Part shown: positions 7,704-14,942 of the stretch, piece after piece
Numbering within the stretch: position 1 is the first letter of the stretch
Layout: each line of letters begins with the position of its first letter
Source of the DNA: Raphidiopsis brookii D9
GTDB taxonomy: Bacteria > Cyanobacteriota > Cyanobacteriia > Cyanobacteriales > Nostocaceae
Assembly (NCBI GenBank): GCA_000175855.1
Contig: ACYB01000019.1
Span: forward strand, 30,001 to 62,000
Reading direction: 5' to 3'
Length of the DNA: 32,000 nt
Position numbers and translations under genes: made by a program
The notes under the pieces: model-generated
Seen by the model: the letters and a program-made list of their open reading frames with translations, nothing else
Database searches by the model: none
What the model was told of the DNA's origin: nothing

Positions 7704-10700
7704 TTATTCAAAGAAGCGGGAAACATCAAAAAAACCTCCATGACGACGAACAATATTTGCGACTTGTGAATACATACCACCAACTACACCGATATTTTTG
7801 GTAAATAAATCATGACATCCGACAATTATTAGTAATTCCTGAGCGCGAGAAAAAGCGACATTAACCCGTTCTGGTTTTTTGGCAAAGCCCACATCTCCTC
7901 GCTCATTATTTCTTACCATACTCACAATAACCACTGGTCTTTCCATCCCTTGAAACCTATCTACTGTTCCAGTTCTAATATGTAATGAGGGAAAAAGTTC
8001 TGGAGTCAGACGCTCTTCAATTTTTCGTAGCTGAGCTCCATAAAATGTGATTACAGCTATTTCCTTCTTGGGTTTTCCATTGGCTATCTTTTTCCACCAA
8101 TTATCTTCAAATTGTTGACAGATTTTTTGGATCACGTCTATTTCCGCCATATTAAAAAAAGATGTCCCTAGCTGTTGTTCTTGAAACTGCTTGTCTTTGG
8201 GCATTTTTACCCAAATTAAATGGTCTTTTGGTCGCAGTAGAGTTCCTGCTAAATTGTGGGCCCGTTTGATATCAGCTTCTAAAATACCACATTCCAATTT
8301 CCCATGATAAAACTGATTAATTGCTCCCATAATAGTAGGGTGCATTCGGTATTGGGTATTTAGCATTTGCTTAATGCTATCATCTGCTTTTTCAAACTGG
8401 AATTTAAATAGGGATTCCTCCACAAATCTAATTTCTTCTCTGGAGTTTTCCATTGTTTGGGCAACTTCCTCAACCGTATCGCTATCAATCATGGGTGGTA
8501 GTTGGCGATGGTCTCCCACCATAACTAGTTTTTTCGCTTTTAATGCGGGAATAAGTAATTCCGGTGGTGTGCATTTACTCACCTCATCAATAATCACAAC
8601 ATCAAAATATTTGAACTCTTCTGAGAAGTTGTAATTTGCAGCTTGCACGCAAGTAATACCAACAACGTTGGCATTATCCAAATAAATTTGTCGTAAATCG
8701 TTGCTGTCTCTCTCAGAGGGTTGACGCAGTTTGGCTACCCAATCTTGGATAAATTGTTGATATTTACCTAGATAATTTTGTTGAGTTTCTAGTTCCTGGT
8801 GCCAAATATCAAATCTTGTTTTTATCTGATCTAGAAAATCTAAATTTAATAAATCTGTTTCTGGGGTTTTAGGTTTTAGTTTATCTGGTAGATCTTGTAA
8901 ATGAATATCCCACCACTTTATTTCTCTGATTAAATCGTGGGGTATATCAGTTGCTAATTTTATGGTTATTTCTTTTAATTGGTCTTTTGCTTTTTCTAGT
9001 TTGAGCCATAAGATTTCACAATCTTGGGTAATTTTGATTAATTCTTCTGGCAGTCCTTCTTGAATTTTGGCCAACAGGTCTAGAGGATTTAGTCCCGACT
9101 GCAAATTGTCTAGATTGGTGATGGAATTTTCCCATAGGTTAACCTGCTGGGTAAATTCTGGCTCCCTTTCCCAAATAGTTGCTGGTTTGGCTAGACATTC
9201 TTGGGTAATATTTTTTAATTTCGGGGGCAAATTTTTCTGCTTATATAGTTGTTTTAAAATTACCACAACTTGTTCTAGCTGATTTTTGACATTCTCCTTA
9301 GATTTATCTACCATAGCTTGAGCTTTGGTAAGTTGTTCCGAATTCACTTTCTGCTCATCTATAATTTCCCATGATTCTTGTTTGGGCAAATTATTTCTTA
9401 AATTATTTAAATTATTTATTTGTGCATCTGTTTCTTTTTTTAGTTTGAGAATGCATTGCCGAGAATTGGTCAGAACCACCTCTATTAATTCTTGAGTAAT
9501 ATAATGGGAATGGGCTGTAGCTTGAGAGCTATTGAATCTCTCTCTACCGTAGGCCTGTTCTAGTTGTACTAACCAGGATTGAGTGTTTTCAACTAGAATT
9601 TGCCTTTGTTTGTTACTCAAAAATTGATACTTCTTAAACTGTTGATAGATCCCCTGCCATTTTTGGCGATCGCCTTTTTGCAAAAGCAGGAAGTGTTGAC
9701 TAAAATGTTGTTGTATAAACTCACTAAAATAATACTGTTTTCCCTTAACATTAGAGCATTTAGCACTAACTTCATAGGACATGGCTTTGATTAAAGCTTG
9801 CCATTCTGGTGGTTTTATTTGACAGTTTTTAGGTAGTATTGGCAACTGCAACTGATGGGCAAACATTAATAGTCCCAAAGGTAGATTCAGCATTTCTTCG
9901 GTTAGCAATACCTCAGAGGTTTGGCTATTAACCACTAAATCATAAATATGGGCGGAAGCATTCTTTTTCCATTCTTGAATAGCATCAATAATATAGTTAA
10001 TCTCTCGGTGACGATTCTCCAAATCTTTAATGCTTGTTTGTGCATTTCTCACCAGATTATAATTATGATTATCCTGGTGGGGTAATTGCTTTTGTAGTTG
10101 TTGTAAAGTTGCAGAATGCTTGTGAAAAACCTTGACCATTTTCACTAGATCAGCCATAGCCATGGTTCCGTCATAAGCATAACTAAATGTAGCTTGGAAT
10201 CCCTCAATTTCCTTATCTATATTTTCCTGTAACCATAGAGATAAACTAAATATATCATCTTCAGGACAACTAATTCCTAACTGCTCCATATAATTTTTAG
10301 CTTGGGCTACTTTTTTCTGGAAACTTTTTGATAGATTGCCAGATAGATTATTTTCCACCCCATGGATTCTTATTCGCGATAATGTTTTCCTGATTTCCAA
10401 ATTATGACTACTAATATTTTTCGTTCTCTTGGGTTGATTAAGAATATTCTCTAAATCAACTATTAGAGATTCCATATCCTGTTTATTCTGAATTAATTGG
10501 CTGTATACTCTTTCCTCTTCTTCACAAATAATATCTAACTTGCTTTTTTCTGCTTTTAATTTTTGCTGTTGGTAGTTGAACTGCTTTATCGAATTGTAAT
10601 AGTCCCTGAACCGTTCATAATTTGTCAGCAATCCTTGAAGAACCTGGATCTTTTCCCAACGCTGATCAAGATTATTTTCACAGTCATGGGCGGTATTTTC

Positions 10701-11288
10701 TAGCCATCTTCCAATTACTTGGTCTTCGAGAAATGGTTGTCCTTCCTCTCCCACCTTTTCTGCTTTTCCCTTTCTCACCGCACGAATAGCTGGACTATGT
10801 ACTAGCCGACTTAACGCGTTGTCAACTGCCAAATTAGCTTGGGAGGTGATTAAGGTACGACCACCACGCAAAGCTACTTGATAGCAAATTTCCGCTATGA
10901 CCGTGGTTTTACCAGTTCCGGGAGGACCCTGAATCAGAACTAAATCCTCAGCAGAAAGTACCTTTTCCACGGAAGCTTTTTGTCCAGGATTGGCCGCAGG
11001 TAATAATAAATCCTGGGATTGGAGCTTGATGGTTTTTTCAATTGGTCTTGCTTGGGAAGCATCAAACAGAAAATCTCCCAGATAGGGATTTTGAGTACGA
11101 CCTTGTTTTAACTGCTCTAATGCCTTTTCTTTGCGTTGAATCTGTTTAATATCACCAGCAGCATCAAAAAACAAGTATCCCTTGGTTGGCAATTGATAAT
11201 TTTCGGTTGCCATATACTCTATCAGATCTTGTTCTAGTCTAATATGAATAATGTTTCTTTCCGAGTCTATCTTTTCAATTGTTCCCAA
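7704..11288 (-). CDS. Superfamily 1B helicase, Upf1/IGHMBP2/DNA2-NAM7-like (AAA_11/AAA_12 type), with a giant insertion in RecA1
   Basis: 1194-aa ORF. Motifs: I GPPGTGKT (aa 121-128, nt 10928-10905), Ia LITSQANLAVDNA, II VVIIDE (aa 897-902, nt 8600-8583), III GDHRQLPP, IV TQYRMHP, V TVDRFQGMERPVVIV, VI RVNVAFSRAQ. The first start in frame is TTG at 11288 and the next ATG is codon 26 (11213). The frame is open upstream to 11336. Confidence 0.9.
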   Translation of the reverse strand: MGTIEKIDSERNIIHIRLEQDLIEYMATENYQLPTKGYLFFDAAGDIKQIQRKEKALEQLKQGRTQNPYLGDFLFDASQARPIEKTIKLQSQDLLLPAANPGQKASVEKVLSAEDLVLIQGPPGTGKTTVIAEICYQVALRGGRTLITSQANLAVDNALSRLVHSPAIRAVRKGKAEKVGEEGQPFLEDQVIGRWLENTAHDCENNLDQRWEKIQVLQGLLTNYERFRDYYNSIKQFNYQQQKLKAEKSKLDIICEEEERVYSQLIQNKQDMESLIVDLENILNQPKRTKNISSHNLEIRKTLSRIRIHGVENNLSGNLSKSFQKKVAQAKNYMEQLGISCPEDDIFSLSLWLQENIDKEIEGFQATFSYAYDGTMAMADLVKMVKVFHKHSATLQQLQKQLPHQDNHNYNLVRNAQTSIKDLENRHREINYIIDAIQEWKKNASAHIYDLVVNSQTSEVLLTEEMLNLPLGLLMFAHQLQLPILPKNCQIKPPEWQALIKAMSYEVSAKCSNVKGKQYYFSEFIQQHFSQHFLLLQKGDRQKWQGIYQQFKKYQFLSNKQRQILVENTQSWLVQLEQAYGRERFNSSQATAHSHYITQELIEVVLTNSRQCILKLKKETDAQINNLNNLRNNLPKQESWEIIDEQKVNSEQLTKAQAMVDKSKENVKNQLEQVVVILKQLYKQKNLPPKLKNITQECLAKPATIWEREPEFTQQVNLWENSITNLDNLQSGLNPLDLLAKIQEGLPEELIKITQDCEILWLKLEKAKDQLKEITIKLATDIPHDLIREIKWWDIHLQDLPDKLKPKTPETDLLNLDFLDQIKTRFDIWHQELETQQNYLGKYQQFIQDWVAKLRQPSERDSNDLRQIYLDNANVVGITCVQAANYNFSEEFKYFDVVIIDEVSKCTPPELLIPALKAKKLVMVGDHRQLPPMIDSDTVEEVAQTMENSREEIRFVEESLFKFQFEKADDSIKQMLNTQYRMHPTIMGAINQFYHGKLECGILEADIKRAHNLAGTLLRPKDHLIWVKMPKDKQFQEQQLGTSFFNMAEIDVIQKICQQFEDNWWKKIANGKPKKEIAVITFYGAQLRKIEERLTPELFPSLHIRTGTVDRFQGMERPVVIVSMVRNNERGDVGFAKKPERVNVAFSRAQELLIIVGCHDLFTKNIGVVGGMYSQVANIVRRHGGFFDVSRFFE
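9666..9673. repeat. HIP1 octamer GCGATCGC
   Basis: Exact octamer, and the only copy inside the helicase cassette. Confidence 0.95.
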
Positions 11289-11971
11289 TTGACGACTGGT
11301 GCGACGGATTTTTCTGTAGGTATAACATCCGAAAATTTAATCTCCTGGTTTTTTGCTTGTCTTACTCTTTCCCAAAAATTATCTTCATTTATATAGTTCT
11401 CTTCATCTCCATCCAGAGTGGCTGAGTTAATATTAATTTTTAAGACAATTTCTCTTTGCTTTAAATCATAGTAGGAATTCAGAAAATTGACACAGAATTG
11501 TCTAGCTTTGGCTACTCGCTCTTCTACTTTTAAGAATGCTTTCCACGCTCGCAATTGCTCTTCCGTGGGAACATGATTTCCACATATTGGCATTTTGACT
11601 ATTTGCGCTAAAGTCTTAGGTGGAATATGTACCGGTTCATAGTGATTAGGAACTAATTGTAAGTTTAATGGAACAGTATAAGCGTCTTTTTTACCTCTTG
11701 CAATTGGTAATAAATAAGTAGAGAGAATTTTTAAACCACCGTTACCATTTTTTTGCAGTGCTGCTCTTAAACCCAAAGTCTTGTCAAGTTCTTTTAATCT
11801 TTTTGGTAGTGTAAATTCACTTTCATCTGTAGCTATGGTTAAATCCAAAATTTCTTCTTCTGTATCCCTCACATTACCTTGGCGACGAATATAAAATAGG
11901 CATTTTTGTTTCCCCACGCATTCAAAAATGAGTTCATTAGCTCGGTCTTTTTTTTTCTCTAAAGTTTGCAT
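11267..11971 (-). CDS. Hypothetical protein, first ORF of the helicase cassette (possibly the true N-terminus of the helicase)
   Basis: ATG at 11971 preceded by AAGGAG at a 9-nt spacing; the ORF-track TTG at 11998 is less likely. 234 aa, overlapping the helicase ORF by 22 nt in another frame. The C-terminal part (EEQLRAWKAFLKVEERVAKARQF...REIVLKININ) resembles the helix plus beta-barrel lead-in of IGHMBP2-like helicases. Confidence 0.55.
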   Translation of the reverse strand: MQTLEKKKDRANELIFECVGKQKCLFYIRRQGNVRDTEEEILDLTIATDESEFTLPKRLKELDKTLGLRAALQKNGNGGLKILSTYLLPIARGKKDAYTVPLNLQLVPNHYEPVHIPPKTLAQIVKMPICGNHVPTEEQLRAWKAFLKVEERVAKARQFCVNFLNSYYDLKQREIVLKININSATLDGDEENYINEDNFWERVRQAKNQEIKFSDVIPTEKSVAPVVNWEQLKR

Positions 11972-11980
11972 ATGATTTAA

Positions 11981-11986
11981 CTCCTT
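11981..11986 (-). promoter_or_regulatory. Shine-Dalgarno AAGGAG for the first cassette ORF
   Basis: The minus strand reads agAAGGAGttaaatcatATG, the same AAGGAG-N9-start geometry as gshA. Confidence 0.6.
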
Positions 11987-12342
11987 CTTGCCCTTCAAAA
12001 CTGCGAATTAACCCATCTATTGTGCAATTTAATAGGCTATATCCCCAGATTTGTGACTGATTGATCTGCGACTGATTTTTTGACTGAGTTTGTCATGGAT
12101 GTTCCTGATTCTTAATTTCTCTCACAAATCACTGTTAGTGATTTATTCTATGAGACGTTAGTTTTGAGTGTTAGTTTTTTCTAAAGGATGATTTTAGGTG
12201 ATTTTAATTTTCTAAGTCTTTACCCATAGACAATACCAACATTCCTTAAAGATAGCCCAACTAGTATATCATCTTATTCAGGTTTCCACTCTGGAATTAT
12301 TATGGTTATGTGGGTGTAATTAGGTGTAATTATTTGCATTCC

Positions 12343-13734
12343 TCACTTGATATTGGATCCATTAGATCTAACTGTGTATACAGATGAAAAATCAGGTACA
12401 TCTCCCTTGCTAACCATTGCTCTATATAACAAAGCGCAAACTTCTGCCCTTGTCACTAGTTTTCTAGTGTTTAATAATCTTATGTTTGGGTAATTTACAA
12501 CCACACCATTTTCTGTAATAGCAGCAATCAACCCCCGGTGTTCACTCCTAATCGTAGAAGCGTCTTGGTAAATAGATAATATATCTCTTGTTGAACCGGT
12601 GAATTTATAATTCAAGGCTTTTGCTATGGTAGTTAAAACATCTAAACGGGTAAGTTTTTGGTCGGGACGAAACCTTCTGTTTGCACTAGGGGTTAAAATC
12701 CCCATCTGATAAGTTTTCTGGATGGCGTTATGGGCCCAGTGGTTCTTGGGAATGTCTCGAAATGCGACTTCTCCCCTGATTTTATCTTTAAAAAAGATTT
12801 TTGGCAATAGGGTAGCTAGTTGGGCGCGGGTGATGGGAGCATTGGGACGAAATGTGCCATCAGGATAACCGTCAATGATCTCCATGGCGGCTAATTCCTC
12901 AATATAGTCTTTGGCCCAGTAATTTTGCGGAAGATCGGAAAATCTTACCCGAATTCCCTTGCCTACTCCCACTTCTCTGTATTTAGACAATAAGTTACTC
13001 AGCTGGTATGCACTTTCACTCAATTTGGTTACTTGTACTATTTCACCTGGGGGATATAGGAAAGCTTTTGCTAGTTGGGAATCATTAATGCTAATGGGTT
13101 TACCAACTAGGGCAAATGGTCCCTGGATAAAGCTCCCAGGATAGGTACTAGGTTGGGCAACTTTGGCAAATCCTGCAGCTTGATAAGGACTAAGATCAAT
13201 GTCTGGCGGACTACTGAGGAAGGTAACCTGTTGGTTCCTGATCTCCGTGAAGTAGTCGTAGCTCATAGTTGTGTCTGGATCAACGATCCCATCTTCATCA
13301 CCGTCAACTCCGTAAAAAACTCTTACTAGGGGATTTGGTGGGGAATTCGCTGGTAAAATCAGGTTGACTGTGGTGTGGTTCGGTAAGCAAGCAAATTCCG
13401 TATAACCAACCAGTTGGTTTTGTGTATTATATAGTCTAACTACTATGCGATCGCCCCATTTAAACCCATTTTCAAACTTAGCTTTTTGCTTAATTCTGTA
13501 TTGATAATCTCCCAAAAATCTTTCTTGAAGATATTTCTGTCCATGTTTAGCTTTGAGGGATATACGAGCAATAACTGGAGAAATTGTGCCGTTAGGTTGC
13601 CAAATATAGAGGGTAAATCCAGATTTTTTCTCCTGTACCGGTTGAGGTGTGGGAATTTGTATGGGCACCGATTCCTGTGCCAAAAGTTGCCCATGAGTAG
13701 CTGCTGTAGCCAATGACTCCTGTGTTGGCAACAT
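12343..13734 (-). CDS. S-layer homology (SLH) domain protein with three C-terminal SLH repeats
   Basis: 463-aa ORF. SLH repeats: YWAKDYIEELAAMEIIDGYPDGTFRPNAPITRAQLATLL, HWAHNAIQKTYQMGILTPSANRRFRPDQKLTRLDVLTTIAKAL and GLIAAITENGVVVNYPN...LVTRAEVCALLYRAM. As annotated it lacks a signal peptide (see findings). Confidence 0.85.
   Translation of the reverse strand: MLPTQESLATAATHGQLLAQESVPIQIPTPQPVQEKKSGFTLYIWQPNGTISPVIARISLKAKHGQKYLQERFLGDYQYRIKQKAKFENGFKWGDRIVVRLYNTQNQLVGYTEFACLPNHTTVNLILPANSPPNPLVRVFYGVDGDEDGIVDPDTTMSYDYFTEIRNQQVTFLSSPPDIDLSPYQAAGFAKVAQPSTYPGSFIQGPFALVGKPISINDSQLAKAFLYPPGEIVQVTKLSESAYQLSNLLSKYREVGVGKGIRVRFSDLPQNYWAKDYIEELAAMEIIDGYPDGTFRPNAPITRAQLATLLPKIFFKDKIRGEVAFRDIPKNHWAHNAIQKTYQMGILTPSANRRFRPDQKLTRLDVLTTIAKALNYKFTGSTRDILSIYQDASTIRSEHRGLIAAITENGVVVNYPNIRLLNTRKLVTRAEVCALLYRAMVSKGDVPDFSSVYTVRSNGSNIK
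13447..13454. repeat. HIP1 octamer GCGATCGC
   Basis: Exact octamer. Confidence 0.95.
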
Positions 13735-13964
13735 ATTAATTATATTAATTAAGGAGGCAAAAACTAACCCTTCAATACCGTTAATTTACTATTAGTCATT
13801 GTTGTCTATTTAACTAAATGATTGATTTTGACACAGCAGTTATTGTATCATTGTATTTTCGGATATTTTCTTGAATCTGCCATGATATTGTTTTCACAAT
13901 GCCAGGAGGATAAGAAGAATATTACTATAAAGAAACAATACTTTAGAAATCTTAACCAATTACC

Positions 13965-14852
13965 ATGGTCACCACTGAAAATTTACCAACCATAGAAAAA
14001 CAAATTTGGACTTGGCGAAACTATAAAATCCAATATACCATTATGGGTGTGGGTCAACCCCTAGTTCTGGTTCACGGATTCGGAGCTTCTATTGGTCACT
14101 GGCGCAAAAATATCCCCATTTTAGCTAAAGCGGGTTATCAGGTTTTTGCCCTAGATTTATTGGGATTTGGAGGTTCTGAAAAAGCAGACCTAAAATATAG
14201 CATGGAAGTTTGGGTGGAGCTACTAAGAGATTTTTATCACGAACATATCCAATCACCTACTATATTTATTGGTAATTCTATTGGCGCGCTTTTGAGTTTA
14301 ATGGTTGTCACCCAACACCCCGAAATTGCTAGTGGGGCGGTTTTGATTAATTCCGCTGGGGGTTTAAATCATCGTCCTCGGGAATTAAACCCCATTACTA
14401 GGTTTTTGATGGCTACCTTTCGTCAATTGGTCACTAATCCCATTACAGGAACTGTTGTTTTTAATCGAGTTCGCACCAAATCCCAAATCCGTCGTACCCT
14501 ATACCAAGTATATTGCGATCGCAATGCAGTTACCGATGAACTAGTAGATATACTTTATGAACCATCATGCGATCGCGGTGCTAGGAAAGTTTTTGCCTCC
14601 ATTGTCACCGCACCTCCAGGACCAGCTCCCATTACCCTACTACCCAAGTTGACACATCCCTTGTTAGTTCTTTGGGGTGAAAAGGATCCCTGGATACCCA
14701 TAACTGGAACGAATATTTATGCAGAAGCAGCTAATAGTGGTAAGGATATTGAAATTGTACCCATTCCCAATGCTGGTCATTGTCCCCATGATGAGGTTCC
14801 AGATCTTGTCAACAGGGTAATTATTGACTGGTTAGGAAAGAAAAATCTTTAA
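13965..14852 (+). CDS. Alpha/beta-fold hydrolase
   Basis: 295-aa ORF with VLVHGFGAS (oxyanion region), a GNSIG nucleophile elbow and a C-terminal GHCPHDE histidine motif. Confidence 0.85.
   Translation: MVTTENLPTIEKQIWTWRNYKIQYTIMGVGQPLVLVHGFGASIGHWRKNIPILAKAGYQVFALDLLGFGGSEKADLKYSMEVWVELLRDFYHEHIQSPTIFIGNSIGALLSLMVVTQHPEIASGAVLINSAGGLNHRPRELNPITRFLMATFRQLVTNPITGTVVFNRVRTKSQIRRTLYQVYCDRNAVTDELVDILYEPSCDRGARKVFASIVTAPPGPAPITLLPKLTHPLLVLWGEKDPWIPITGTNIYAEAANSGKDIEIVPIPNAGHCPHDEVPDLVNRVIIDWLGKKNL
14515..14522. repeat. HIP1 octamer GCGATCGC
   Basis: Exact octamer. Confidence 0.95.
14569..14576. repeat. HIP1 octamer GCGATCGC
   Basis: Exact octamer. Confidence 0.95.
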
Positions 14853-14860
14853 GCTCATCT

Positions 14861-14885
14861 AGTCCCGCTGCTAAGATGCGGGGCT
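14861..14885 (+). terminator. Hairpin after the hydrolase gene
   Basis: agtcccgc (14861-14868) pairs with gcggggct (14878-14885), 8 bp including one G-U, with a 9-nt loop. No U-tract follows, and it overlaps the candidate uvrA -10 box. Confidence 0.3.
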
Positions 14886-14890
14886 ATAAT
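14885..14890 (+). promoter_or_regulatory. Candidate -10 box (TATAAT) for uvrA
   Basis: Perfect TATAAT 53 nt upstream of the uvrA ATG. I could not identify a convincing -35 element. Confidence 0.3.
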
Positions 14891-14942
14891 GCTATGATAT
14901 TAGGCTTTTTAATTTCCAATTGTTAATGTAAAGTAGTGTTAA

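Noticed and set aside
8374-9794. Plus-strand ORFs 8374-8634, 9067-9282 and 9600-9794 antisense to the helicase
   Set aside because: They are shadow ORFs in AT-rich coding sequence. The helicase motifs on the minus strand explain the region.
12959-13716. ORFs 12959-13144 (+), 13443-13694 (-) and 13486-13716 (+) overlapping the SLH gene
   Set aside because: They are out-of-frame or antisense overlaps with a gene supported by three SLH repeats.
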